Shown piece by piece: positions 25,273 to 38,554 of a DNA stretch of 64,000 nucleotides. Position 1 is the stretch's first letter, and each line of letters starts with the position of its first letter. The translations under genes and the position numbers were made by a program. Source of the stretch: Podarcis filfolensis (lineage: Eukaryota); assembly GCA_964270895.1 (NCBI GenBank), contig OZ185437.1; one strand, given 5' to 3'. The notes beneath the pieces were generated by a model, which saw nothing but the letters and a program-made list of their open reading frames with translations, did no database searches and was not told the origin of the DNA.

Positions 25273-27572
25273 ATTGTTATTTGAAGCACTACTGAAATGT
25301 CTTTGAAATTCTCAGTGGGGTGCTTAACAAACAATGTAATCTACAGTTTTAGTCACTACAATGCTGCAACCTGTCACTAGAAGCACAGATGAGTTGGACA
25401 GTGGAGAGGGAGGGGAGATGGAAGGAAATTTATTTGTTACCAAATCAGATCAATACTGTGTGGATGGCTGCTTCTCCACCAGCGATGGAGGCGGCAGGGC
25501 AGGCAGCGTGCCAAAGGGCCCCACCTCTGAGGCTTCTGCCATCTGAGGTGGCAGCTTCACCCCACCTAATGGTGCCAACCACTCTTCCTCATCCAGCCAG
25601 TCCCTGACAGGTGGCTATTCCATCACTCCCCACTCTACTTTGCCCCCATGGACAAGGAATAACATTTTATAGGAAGCACAGAGATGCTCAAACACCCCTA
25701 ATGAACACCTAAGGTTCTCCTTTTTCAAAAAGTAAACACTGCATTTTGTGGGTGTTGAGATTTAGGATGATATTTCAGTGGTAGACATTTATACTCCATC
25801 TCTGCTTTTTGTTCTTTTGCTTAACTGATTGCCACATATTTCCTAGAATTGCATCTATTTGCTTGATGCTAATAGCATAGTTTGTCAGCAGCTCCATTTA
25901 CCTTGCAAGATAATCAGTTATGCTATTTCTCTAGGTCTGAAGTTATGGCTCTATATCTGCAGATGTGTTGGAACTTTAATGGAAAGAAGTGCCCCGAGGC
26001 AGAATATGCTCCTTTTAACATGGTATGGGACAATTCATTGCCAGCACTGTGCTAACTAGCAGGGCAGGCAGAGGTAGTGGAGCTAGATGTGTCCATGTGT
26101 AATTTGTACAGAAACACTGCATCTCTTGTGTGGAACAGGTGCCTGAATCAACACAGATAATGTGTGTCAGTCGGGTGCTGACACATCTAATACACATAAA
26201 ACCCATGGGTTTGTGTGAACGCCACCACAGCCTCAGATGCCCTAACCACAATGACCCCATACAATGCACAACAGATAAATAACCGTTGGATGCTACTGGA
26301 ATAATAATCTTCAATATAACCACATTCGTTGAGTGCACTGAAAACTGAGTGTGTGTGTGGAGTAGTGTTATCTGAAATGAGATGTGACAGGAGAGAGAAT
26401 GGCTAGAATATTTCTAACATTCCTTTCCTGCTACTCCTTTATTCAGAAGAACATGCAAAGAGCCCCATGTGATGAAAGTGGGCAATGCAGGGTGGTTGAC
26501 CTTTGGACTCAGGAATAGTTTGTGCTCAGGAGATGGACTAAAGAGCTACATTATTCATTAGATGCTAGCCTTTCCTGCCAGTCTCTGCCATGGGTATTCT
26601 GCCAGCAGGAATTATTGAAAATGTGATCAAAGCAACATTGTTTTTAGGCAAAACAAGACAGGGCATTATCAGACTGAAGTAATTAGAGGCCTGATCTTGT
26701 GAGGTGCCCATGAACATAAAATCTGTAGCATAAGTGTTAAAGCTGGCAGCCCAAGCTCTGCCCTGCTTGTTACCGTAAGGACACTGCTTTACCTTTAGCT
26801 GTGCTACCGTGTGTGTGCAATCCCATTTAAAACGAACCTAGCACTGTACCACCAAGGAGTCTCACTCTGACAAACATTAGGGACCTGGCAGCCCAAGGCT
26901 CAAGCATTTTAGGAGAGTGCTGTTATTAAAATAAGACTGAAATGTAAAAAGCAAAACAAGTAAGACTGAGTCTGAATGAACCTTTAGTTAATATCTGGTC
27001 ATTTTACCCAGCCTGATCCTGCGAATCTAATAGCCAAAAACATTGTAATCGAGAATACTGTTAACAGGGAGGAAATCTGGTTACCCACAGATCTTGCAGC
27101 GATGTACTAAGAAATTTATCTTCCTTTCACAATTTTCTCCTGCACTCCAATTGTTGCCTTTAGGAAAGCATAATTTTACACATTGGTGTTGTATTCACTG
27201 TCAGCTAGCATTCCCACAGGGAAGCCGCTGGCCAAGATCAGGTTTTTGTGAAACATGGGATTTGTAAAACAATAAATAAATCCACCTCTTCCTTGCTAGT
27301 GATGGGGGATAAATACCTTCAGTTTCCATTTTAATGCAAATCAATCTAATGCACACTTCTCTTCTTTTTCTTTCTTTTTTTTAGTTTCAGAAGCTTACAG
27401 ATTTATTCAACCAACAGAAATACAGGAAAACTCCAGGAAGCTAGTCTGTACTAATGCAGTCTACCCTTATGTCTATCCTGCTTTTGGCCCTTCAAGGCTT
27501 TGGGTTGTTTCTGCCCTCTCTGGGAAGGCTGACAACCAGGTACATCTTGCTTACAGCATCCCTTTTACCTTC

Positions 27573-28330
27573 TTTTCTTTTTTTGAAAAATATTTATTTC
27601 CTAATTTCTTTTGTAAAATGAAAAAAGGCTTCACTTAAAAAAACAAAACAAAACAAAAATGAACAGTTGTCAGATGTGTGGCAGTCAGCCTCTCTCGCTT
27701 CCTGGGCAACCTAGCTGAGCAGGGTACAAGAACCTCAGGCACCCAGGAAGGCTGCAGAAAGATGATTTGTAGAATGAAAAGAAAACTCTATGGCCACTTT
27801 GACATTAAGGTAAGCTCAACAAAAAGTCCACACCCCATTCATGTCAATATATTCATTCCCCCTTTGGTAACTGCTTTTTTTAAAAAATCAGAACTTGAGA
27901 ATTTGGAAAAGTACAAAAGAAAAACAAAATAACCAAAAGAAGTGTTGTAGGTACAGGAAAGCCCAGGGGAAATAACAGAGCATAAAACAGAAATACAAAG
28001 TTTCTTGCAGATGGATTTTACAGCATCACAGAAAAATACAAAGCAGGGGAGGTTTGCCAGTGAGTATAGGAATGGAAAGGTAGGTTATGTATACCTCCAA
28101 ACAAAAGCTAAATGGTTAATATGAGGTCTATGGGTTTTGCCAGACATTTGGATGGCAAACAAACCACCAGACAGCTGCAAAGTCCTCAGGACAAGCTATG
28201 CCTCTTTGAACTTTTAAATGATGTGTGTGGTTTTTTTTCTAGGGCTGTCATTAATAAAGGGTTTCTTTAATGCCACATTTCCAGATCCAAGTTCTTAGTT
28301 TCTTTCCAATTTTGAGTTATGAGTAGATTT
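27573..28330 (-). mobile_element. Decayed, interrupted L1 3' region
   Basis: TTTTTTGAAAAATATTTATT marks a tail on the plus strand. It is followed by an A-rich UTR and remnants resembling the ORF2 C-terminus. Confidence 0.4.
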
Positions 28331-29794
28331 TCTGCCGCTAGCATGAAAACAATTGATTCTTTCAGGCAGAGAAAGGCATGTTGATTAGGAAAGAGTGATA
28401 GTAGATGGATCATAGGGAATATTTGTCTGTAATATTATACCTATTTCCTTCAATACCTGAGTCCTTTTTTAATGTCCAGGCAGAACCACTTGAAGATGGA
28501 TGGATTTGCCCTGTTTCCCACAGCCTCTCCAGCAAAGGGAAACAGGTCTTTTAAAGATCTGGAACATCTGCACTGAGGGGGCACAGTACCACCAATGAAT
28601 TCTCCCTTATGCTGAAGCAAACTGAAAAGAAGGGTTTGGAGGTCCCAGAACAGCTTGTTGCTCAATGGCCCTTTCATGATTGTTGAATGCAATTTGTTTG
28701 CTCATTAATTGATGAGGAATGGTTAAAAATAACTGAAGTACATTTTCATCACAGCAGTAGTTTATGTGGGAAGTGAAATGGAGAATGTTTCTAGTCTGCT
28801 AGATTGTTGCTGGAAGCTGACATTCAGAAGCTGGGATCTCAGATGATGTGAAAGGTCCATGAGGATTGGTTTCTCTCTAGGGGGCTCCTTGTATGCCAAG
28901 ACTTTAACATTTGCATGATCATTCAAGCTTAGACAAGCCTCATGCAATATTAAAATGTTTACGCAAGTCCTTTCTGTGCTTAGAGCAGCAGCAGCAACAG
29001 TAGCAACAGCATGGGTTGAGGACCAGAATCTCAGGAGGAAACTACACCATGCTTCTAAGTTGGCCTCCAAGCCAGCTCCTCCATAATCAACACAATAAAT
29101 CCCAGAGTGGTTAGCTTTGCTTGTGCTGTACAAATCCCACTCTTTGCCACCGCATTTGGGAACTTCTTTAGCATTTAAGTACTTCAATCATGGCGGAGAG
29201 CATACTTTTATTTTATTTTATTTTTTAAAAAAGATTATTTCATTTAATGCGATCCATTACTAAAGTGAGGCTGATACTCCTGTATTTCAGGGCTTTTTCA
29301 CACAGCAAAAGAAGAAGCTTGGCTTGTGCTTTCTCTTTCCAGGTTTCTCTACCACTTCGTGCTAAGAAAGCAGAATGGTGGGGTGGACACACCGTCCTGT
29401 TACCTGCATCACTGGTGCTTATCTGGCCAGGGCTGAAGTGAGATGGTGGCCAGGTTGTTGCACTAGCAGAATTGCCGCCAGTCCAACACTCCTGCTGGTG
29501 CACTCACAGAACCACAGTCTTGTCACTGCCCCCAGCCCCATTCAGGTACGCCACAGTGATGCTGGTTTTGGGGGGTGCCTATGCAGCTCTGCCTCACTGC
29601 ATACACCCCTAATGCAAAGGGAAACTTGGACATCTCTGCAGAGAGATTTATGAGCTGTTTCTGGAATCAAATCTCACGTATCTCCTCAAAGGACTTCCTC
29701 CTTCACATTTTATATAATGGAAGTATGTAGAGAGAAGACATAAGCCACGGTAGTGCCGAGCAAATATTCAGACATCTAAAAACTCCTGGGTGAA

Positions 29795-30070
29795 GTGGCA
29801 AAGGCTGAATTCAAGATATTGGCAGTGAACTATAAAACTATACATGCCCCCAACTACCTGAAGGAGCACCTCTCCCCGTCCCAAGATTGGCAGCAGAGAC
29901 CCTTCTCAAACCTACACTGCTGGGAGCCGCACATTATGCAGAAATTCAGGAAATTGTCTTCTTTCCAGAGGTGCTTTGTCTATGGAATACCCTTCCCTTG
30001 GAAGCATGGCATCAATGCTTCTTTGTTTCGCCACCAGGTAAAGTCCCATTTGTTTTGTCCCAGCATTTGC
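29795..30070 (+). mobile_element. Decayed L2-type LINE 3' fragment
   Basis: The translation KAEFKILAVNYKTIHAPNYLKEHLSP resembles RAQFKVLVLTFKALNGLGPVYLKERLHP. Confidence 0.7.
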
Positions 30071-31557
30071 AGGAAACTAGATTCTGGATACAGCTTCAAA
30101 TCTGTAGAAGTTTCAGGTAAACAGAATAGGCAACTGCAATACGCTTTACTATACCTAGGTAGATACGTTTCAAGATACCAGACCCTACTCAGGTTGAATT
30201 CTCACTGCCTAGAACTAGAGTGAAATGCATTTTCTGTTCAACCAGTTCAATTTAATAGTAGCTCCTCTAGATAGCAGCATGGTTTATTTGTATTACTAAC
30301 AGAGGTCTAGACAATATAATTGCAAAAAATGAATAAATAATCTGAAACTCATGTGGGATCCGTCTCAACATCAGTTATTTTTAAAATGTTTTTCCCCCCG
30401 CCCGTTAACTCTTAAGTCAAACAATCTGACATGCATGATTCATTAAAGATTTAGCCCACAAATAAACCAAACTTGAAAAATTCATTTCAAATGCTCAGTG
30501 TGATGAGCACACTCAGTCAATGTCTCTGTGCATTGAATCCATGTGGGTGTTGGAAGCAACACACTAGCAGAATGTACTTCCTTTGGGAGCCTCATGTACA
30601 ATTAAGAATGAAAAGGATAATCTAATTTTTAAAGGGCACCACTAGCTCTGAATACATCCAGATACCATACATATAAGCTAACCGATTTCCCAGTCTCTCC
30701 AAACATTGTTAGCACATATTCCATGTCACTTCCAACCAGTCACCTGATGAAGTACAGCCAACCCACCGGTTGATACTGCAAGTAGAATCCAAGCCAGGAG
30801 AAAGCAGTGGAGGGAGGAGACATCACAGCTGGCCTGATAAAAATCCACAGTTCTCAGCAGGTGTGTAGCCCCTGTTCACAACACTGGCCTATACCTGCAT
30901 AAGCTGTTGCCAGACAGCAATTGTGCATTTAAACACTGCTGACTCTGACACAGTCTACTTCCATTGCCATCTCCTGAGGCTGATAGATAAAAGTGGGACT
31001 TCTCCATCCACAAACTGTTTCAACAACCATTGCTGCTCCTGGGCCAAAGCTTTCGGAACTACCTGGCTTGAACAGTATCACACACACACAGTTGGTAACA
31101 TTGCTGTAAATGGGGTCAAGCAAAAGTCGTTGGTAGAAAGCTGTTGCAGGGACTACAAAGAGAACACAATTGCTGCTTATCAAAAGCAGTGCTGGATCCA
31201 GGACAAGGGTGGTGCTATGAGTGGGATCATATGGAATGGGCCCTGAACCTTTTTCTAAGAGCCTAAAGTGGTTCTGGGTGGGTAATGAATGAGGTGGTGT
31301 GTGTGTGTTACTGGATATTAATTTGGAGAAATGCATTGATTTAAGATGACTTTTTCTAGAGATGATTTGGGGGAAGAATTGTGAGATAATGAAGGGAATT
31401 GAACTGATTTGTGTAAACTGTGGGTGAATGAATTGAAGAGGAACTGATCTGAAGTGATACGGGGTGGGGTGCAAATAATTTGAAGACTTTACAAGGAATG
31501 GATGGGACATATAAATTCTGTGACATATAAATTCTAAATGTGCATCTAGATCTAGAC

Positions 31558-31810
31558 CAGAGGCCAGCAAACTTTTTCAGCAGGGGGCCGGTCCACTGTC
31601 CCTCAGACCCTGTGGGGGGGTCAGATTATTTTTTGGGGGGGGAAATATGAACAAATTCCTATGCCCCACAAATAACCCAGAGATGCATTTTAAATAAAAG
31701 GACACATTCTACTCATGTAAAAACACACTGATTCCTGGACCATCCACAGCCCGGATTTAGAAGGTGATGGGGCCAGATCCAGCCCCCAGGCCTTAGTTTG
31801 CCTACCCATG
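31558..31810. mobile_element. hAT (Charlie-like) MITE, 253 bp
   Basis: Imperfect TIRs are CAGAGGCCAGCAAAC / GTTTGCCTACCCATG. A perfect 8-bp TSD ATCTAGAC (NTCTAGAN consensus) lies at 31550..31557 and 31811..31818. Confidence 0.88.
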
Positions 31811-31954
31811 ATCTAGACATAGAAATTTACATATGCAATCTTTAATGCACATTTATGTCTATGGGACTGTGTCCTGGAATTTTTAAGTACCTAGCAAAGC
31901 CCCTAGTTCAGAAGAGAGTTGACAGGTGTCAACCATCCCATTACTTATTGGCAT

Positions 31955-32012
31955 TTTGTTGTTGTTGTTTAGTCGTTTAGTCGTGCCCGACTCTTCGTGA
32001 CCCCATGGACCA
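31955..32012 (-). mobile_element. Ultra-short (58 bp) Bov-B 3'-end insertion
   Basis: It matches the reverse complement of the Bov-B 3' end at 1415-1468, including the (CAA)n tail. A 12-bp TSD ACTTATTGGCAT flanks it. Confidence 0.88.
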
Positions 32013-34489
32013 ACTTATTGGCATAGTTAACCCCTTTGGGCCACAAGGACTTTCTTCCAGGAATAGAAACTAACCTGTGTGGAATCAGTTTTGATGTTTT
32101 CAACTTCATCCATTTGACCAAATCTTCTTAACTTTGGTTAGGGATATGTATGACTGTCCCTTCTACTGATATTTTAAATTCACGTTTAGGTTTTGTAATG
32201 GCTTTGTGCTAACCTGACACATACAAACAAATAAATGTTTGACTGAAGGACAGCTATATGAACCCCAGATTTATTTTGCAACAACTTTTAAAAGTTTTGC
32301 TGCATGCCCAGAAAACTTGAGAATGACACTGCAGGCAGCCCTAAAGTTAAGGAAACCAATACACTGAATGCTTCTATGTTTTATTATTTTTAATCTGACA
32401 ATTTGTTCTAGCATAAGCTGAGTTCTTGTAAATGGTTGGAGCTGACCATTTTCTTTCCACTTTCCAGAAAAAAGAAATCTTACATAGCATTTGTAAAAGT
32501 AAATGCATATTTTTGAGAAATGTAAATGAATAAACATTTTAACAGTGTATTTCTAATATAGGTATACCAGTATTGGATAAGATCAAGAGGTTAATTATCT
32601 AGTAATATATCACCTTGCAGGCCTAGAACTTATTGGATCATTTTCAGTATTGTCCACTATGCTGCTTCTGCATTTTCATTGTGGCTGTTCTGTTTCGTAT
32701 TAATTGTCTTGATAGCATGCAATTGTTCCCAGAGGCTGTTGACAAATGCCTGTCTATAAATATCCCATACAGTTTTGTTCACACCTAAGTATTTATTTTA
32801 TATTTGTAAGACAAGTGCAAAGTGGGGGAAGGATGCCTCCTCACTTGCTGCATGAATAGGACAATTTTGGAATTCCAGGTATTTATAGTTACAAAGAACA
32901 TTAACATTTCATTTGCTGTATGATGCCATTCTCTCTTTTAAATAGCTTTGCAATAAAATAAAATTTTGCATAGTTTCCCCCCCCCCATTGAAATTTGCAA
33001 ACATTTATATTGGGGCAGGGGCTATTTTTTTAGCTCTTTTGTACAGGCATACCGTCCAGGTCTCATAAATTCATGCATTGAATCTATATTCAACTGTATT
33101 GCCAACTAAAGCATAGGCTTTGTTCTACAGCAGCATTGCCCCATTCCAAGGGTACATGAATATTCCAATGTGCAGCCATTGTTCCCGTGGTTGCAGCATT
33201 TCCCATACATTGCAGCAGAAGAGCCATTTAATCACATTGAAGTAAATGGAATAGACTCTGTATGTGCTTAAAGATCTTCATTTCCTCAAGTGATTACTGG
33301 ATCAGGGTACATCTGTGAAGACAGTGTACAACATTTCTTTACAAGCTGCCTCAGTTTGCATGTTAACTATGCCAAACCATTGCTTAGTACATGTGTTCCT
33401 GGAAAGGAGATCATGGCTGATCTGCTCTCCCTCTGGTCCTGCTGCTCCTGTGCTACTGTGAGCTAAACCATGGTTTGGGTTCAGCATGCTATCCAGACTC
33501 AGATTCATGGTTTGTTTCCTCCAGACTGACATATGCAAGACAAACACAGGCACAATGTGACATCAGAATATCCAAGGGCACTGAGATATACAGAAGGCAT
33601 AAAGAGCTCAATAGCCTAGGCTGATGGGAGTTACTATCCAAAACATGGAGAGCACCAGAGTGGTTTAAGACAGTGACATCTTCATTTTTGTTGTGGGCCA
33701 CCTAAGCTCCTGCTGTTGACATCCTGGCTCTAGGGGAAAGAGTGGCTAGCTGCCACACCCAACAAGTTAGCAAGCAGGTAGGCAGCCAGCCAGCCAGAAG
33801 GAGAACAGTGAGGGTGGTGTGGGGTGCCCCAACAGAGCAACATGGCAGCCCTACTCTTTAACACACAACTCAACCTCTACTATATGCATTTTAGAATGCA
33901 TTTTTTCTCTCCAATTCAGGTAATGGAATTCTGTTTAATAATAACTTTTCTGGTTCCTTTTAACCTGCATTGGATGCATTCTTTATAGATTTGTAGCAGT
34001 AACCGTGGTGTATACAATAGAAGTTTCTTTTCATAAATCATCATTTGGACAGTTAATTTGCTGCTGAATGAGATGGTGTTAAAAGCAGCACGACTGAATA
34101 TATTGGGTATAAAGTAGAAATAAACAGATAGAAACAAGAAGCATCTGATGCCTGTAGAAAGCAAGGGCTATCTGATTTGTTTAGTTACCTTTGGGAAGTT
34201 GAATAAAGTAGAAATATGTTTTGAACAAAGTAGGATATGCAGCATTGACTTTGTGGGTGTCTTTACTGATCATATATTGTGCAATCACTTATGGTACAGA
34301 AACCATTGTACTCATCTGTGCTCTGATAATTCTTCATAGTTGCAAAACCTGGAGAGCGTGCTTGGCAAGTGGAGCAAGCTTCTCAGTTCTTCTTCCTGCC
34401 TTTGACTGTAGCCCAACTATAAAAGCTTACTGTCAATCACAGATGAGGTTCCAATGGTACGTGGCGGCCAAAATGTCATTGACAGAATT

Positions 34490-34632
34490 CAGAACCATAG
34501 AATTGTAGAGTCGGAAGTGGCCATGAGAGTCATCTAGTCCAACCACCTGCAATGCAGAAATCTTTTTGCCCAATGTGGGGCTCAAACCCACGACCCTGAG
34601 ATGAAGAGTCTAATGCTCTACTGGCTGAGCTA
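34490..34632 (-). mobile_element. tRNA-Lys-derived SINE with CR1-like 3' tail (Squam3-like)
   Basis: The minus-strand head TAGCTCAGCCAGTAGAGCATTAGACTCTTCATCTCAGGGTCGTGGGTTTGAGCCCCACATTGGGC closely resembles vertebrate tRNA-Lys(CTT). It is fused to GTTGGACTAGATGA...ATTCTATG, a CR1-type tail. Confidence 0.82.
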
Positions 34633-36020
34633 ATTTGTATATTTGTATACCACTTTATTATAAACGCCCCTAAGCAGATGGCATAAAATATAAAAGATAC
34701 ATAAAAATTATTGGTAAAAGTCAGATGTTAGAATCAAAACAAATCAAAATATAAATAAAACATTCTGCCTCAGAATGTGTCACCCCTGAAAGAACACTAC
34801 TGCACAGGATTTGATGCTAAAATAGGGTTTTTAAAACCCTCAGCCCTCCCCCTTGGTGGCACAGGACAAATCAGCTTCATCCAGAGGCCACAGATCAGGG
34901 CCATAGGGAAGATGGGTGAGGCTTTATAAGTAACATTTTGAATATTACTTGGTAATGAATTGGCAGATAATTCTTTATTAATAGCATATCTGGCTAGGAT
35001 GCCTCCATCAACATTGTTTCTCAGTTGCCTCTGGGCTTCAATAATAATAAGAGAATATTTGAGGAGACTGAAAGCATGACAGCGGCAATCAGTTATTTCA
35101 GTTATGTCCACTTTTGTCCCCCAAGCTGCTTCCAATGGCAGAAACATTGTGTATAAATTATCCTATTCTCAATAAACCAAGTGATAAACTTCAGTTAACA
35201 CACTAATATACTTATGGCATTTTTTTTTGGTAGCCTTCAGTACTCTAAAGATGTGTTTTTCACAAGAGATTGTTGATTAATGGCCAACATGTAACCTTTG
35301 ATTAATTAGCTGATATCCTAGGATAACATCCTTGAACTTTCAGGTGAATTAGTATAAAGAGCCCCTAGAAATTAATTACCGTACATCAAAATCAGACATG
35401 ACAAGAGTACGTGCAGATAAAAGAAGTGGTGCCTTGAAGAGGGAATGACATATTTATCCCTACTCTCTTCAAGAGGAACTGATGCAACAAGCAGTCTAGT
35501 TAAGGCTTCATTTCATTATACCATTCTTAGATAATCTGTGGCCTTGAGTTTGACCTTAATGGGCCAATAATATGCTAGCAATATCTGAATCCTGGTAGAG
35601 CTTGCAACAGTGTATGTCTCCTTGACCTCTCTTGCTCCAGTCTTTGCCAAAACAGAATTCCGTGAAAAGATCTATTGCCAGCAGAGCGGGGAGTTGCAGT
35701 GCAATTCAAACTCTTCACTCTGTGCTGTTGGATGGGGTTAGGAAGAGGTGAAGGTGGCCCTTCAATGAATTTACTGGCAAAGAGGGGACTGGACTCGACT
35801 TCCATGGAATATGGCAGAGTGCATGTTACTGTTTGCTGTGTCCCTGCTAGCACTAGCCATTGGAAGGTTCTGAAACAGTGTGTTATGGGGAAAGGTTGCG
35901 GTGGAGCAGGCCTAGCAACAGAACTGCTTGTATCCCAAGCTAGTCCATTTCCTAGAGAGGGCTTCATCCAGTACCCTCTGCTATACCAGCCTAGAGCTGG
36001 CAGAATACCACACACCTCCA

Positions 36021-36021
<1 letters not shown>

Positions 36022-36056
<35 letters not shown>
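36022..36056 (+). repeat. (CA)n microsatellite
   Basis: Read directly from the sequence. Confidence 0.96.
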
Positions 36057-36058
<2 letters not shown>

Positions 36059-36168
36059 TTTGCCCTGGTCAGCACAGTGCCAGGGCTTCAGATGCAATGT
36101 TAGATTTGCTGCACCCCACTGCTCCCCACTTTGGATTGATTCCTTATATATGCTTGTGAATGATGTAT

Positions 36169-36341
36169 TAGGAACATAGGTACACAGGAAGCTGCCTTTG
36201 GTCCACCTAACTCAGTACTGCTTATGCTGGCTGGCAGCATGTCTGCAGGGTTTTCGGTATGTCTTTCTCCATTGTACCTGCAGATGACAGGGATTGACCT
36301 TCTACGTGCAAGGGAAGTGCTTTACCAATGAGCCACAGCCC
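36169..36341 (-). mobile_element. Decayed squamate tRNA-derived SINE
   Basis: It is similar to 50962..51153 (AGGAACATAGG... GGGATTGA... CTACAGCCC-like head). Confidence 0.55.
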
Positions 36342-37107
36342 TGCTCCAAGGGCCGCCGTACGTATTATAACTACAGGTTCTTGATACGGAATTAGGTTTT
36401 TTTATCAGTTGCTTCATATGCTGTGCAGTGCACACAGTACTGTGATGATAAAGATCACAATATCCTGAGATTTGTTATGTATGTATATGTTTTGCACCTC
36501 TGGCCATTAGTTAATCTATTTGGAAATATTTGAGAAACTTTTTATAGAGCCTTCCTGTAGGTGTATTATCAGGAATTTCAAGTTGTACAAATAAAGCAGG
36601 GGGTGGGGGGGGGGGGAGAAAGAAATGCTAACATTAATTTTTTTCCAGAGCAGCAGTATCTATCAGAAGGGTGAATGTGAGATGAAAGATTAAATAAAAA
36701 GTTATTGGCATTTTAGAATCTCCACAGATTCCATTTGAGTAAATATTTGAGTCTTAACTTATTTAACAGCAGATGGCACATATAAGCAAGGTAACCTCTG
36801 TGACAAATTGTTCATTTCTGATTATAATGGTTGTGATTATTCTTGTTATCTGTAGATATGGAAAATAATAGGCATCATCAGAGTCATGTGAGGGGACAAT
36901 GCCTCTTAACTACATATAGATTGTGTTTCCAACTGACCTACTCTCTTTCCATAGCAATGGCAGACATGGAGGCCCTTGGCCCAGGTTGGAAGCACAACAA
37001 ACTTTATCCTTGTTGTTGTTGTGAACTGCCTTCCATGTGAAGAAACTTATCTGTTTGAGGCCTCTCTGATATAGAGACCTATACTCAGATCTTCTGCTGT
37101 ATCCTAC

Positions 37108-37215
37108 CTAGAAGACTGGCCATGATGGAAAGCGAGTATGAATAGCTGCAAGAAATAAACTCTGTGCCCAAGCAACAGCATTGATAGGCCCTCACTGTCA
37201 AGTTGGGCTATTTCT
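37108..37215 (-). CDS. Candidate 108-nt internal exon (EIAQLDSEGLSMLLLGHRVYFLQLFILAFHHGQSS)
   Basis: A long polypyrimidine tract ends in a weak AAG acceptor, and the donor is GTAGGA. Only one minus frame is open (phase 2-2). Confidence 0.15.
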
Positions 37216-37799
37216 CTTACAGTGGTGAAAATCAGAATGGAAAACAAAAAACATGAAAAGAGGATGAAAGACAAGGCAGAATGTTCAACCATCTGTTACA
37301 ACCACTCAATAAAAAATTACGATACTGATTATTTGTTCCCTTCAGTATCTCCAGAGAGCTCATCTAAATTAAATGGGAAAGGCAGCAATAATGACTTGTG
37401 AGGAAGCACTAATTTCCAGATCATGCAGTATTAGTACTAAGCCCTAAAATGAGGTTAGTAATTTTACATAGGTGATCTAGTCTACATCCCATAGGAGAGC
37501 TGCTACATCCCATAGGAGGGCTGTTATGTTATGTATCGAGTTCATGAATTCATGTGCTGAATCTTACAATTAAGGCCTAAATAGCTGTTAGATTAATTAC
37601 TTTATTGGAAAGTTGTGGGGGGATCACTGATATAATAGGTTATGAGCCAATTCAATAGATATTGTGACATCTCTAGAAATATTGGCTAAGATCCAAACCT
37701 CCAATTGTGTGTGCAGACACGAAGATCACCAATTATTATTTTAAAAACACATTTATTAGTTTTTTCCAAAAACCACAGAAGTAACAAATGACAAACAAT

Positions 37800-37965
37800 A
37801 TTCCATCTTTTCTCCAAGGAGCTCAAAGTGATGTACATGGTTCTTCCCCTCCCCAATTTATTTATAAAACAACTCTGTGGGGCAGATTAGGCTGAGAAAT
37901 GGTGACTGGGTTAAGGTCCCACAGTGAGCTTCACGGCTAAGTGGGGATTTGAACTCTGGTCTGAA
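37800..37965 (-). mobile_element. Decayed MIR/CORE-like SINE
   Basis: It carries AACAACTCTGTGGGGCAGATTAGGCTGAGA...GGTTAAGGTCCCACAG...GGGGATTTGAAC, resembling a CORE-SINE body and B-box. Confidence 0.5.
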
Positions 37966-38554
37966 ATCCGCCGCCCCCCAACCTGCCAAAATCCCTTGTA
38001 TCACATTGCATGCCACTATTAAGCATCCTTTGACCCTCTTGAGTGGCTTTTGTTGAGACGACTGAGGTAGTGCAGCTTGGGGAAATCAGTGATCCCCACC
38101 ATGTGTGAGCATTAATTCTGCTCATGTAAGTGGAGGCTGGTGAAAACCAAGTTCAGAGAAAGAAAGAGCACTACTGAGACGTTGGAAGAGGTCATAGACC
38201 TCACCACTTTTCAGTTTTGTTTTGTTTTGTTTTGTAAAAAGAAAGAAAGAAAGAAAGATTGGTGGGAATATATATTTCATGGATAAAAATGGCTTTGTCG
38301 TTCCTGCTCAAGGTTTTCTTTGATAGCATATACCACAGCACAGAGACTACAATTTCAGTATATGATAAAAGTGCATTTCTGTAAATGATAGAGTAGCAAA
38401 TGAGCCTTAAACCATCAGGTTGGACTTAAAACATGATCCAAGTTTTAGGACTGATCTGCAGGATCACGGAGAGAGTTCTCATCCTGCTTTCTCAAGAAAA
38501 ATCCCAAATTATTAGTGTACAAATTAAAACAACAAACTCTCAAAAATAGAATCG

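Noticed and set aside
30929-31570. 213-aa minus-strand ORF
   Set aside because: It starts inside a hAT MITE, crosses low-complexity sequence and has no recognisable domain.
34568-34632. tRNA-Lys gene
   Set aside because: The 5' acceptor strand is missing, the D/anticodon/T arms carry substitutions, and it is fused to a CR1-like tail. It is a SINE head.
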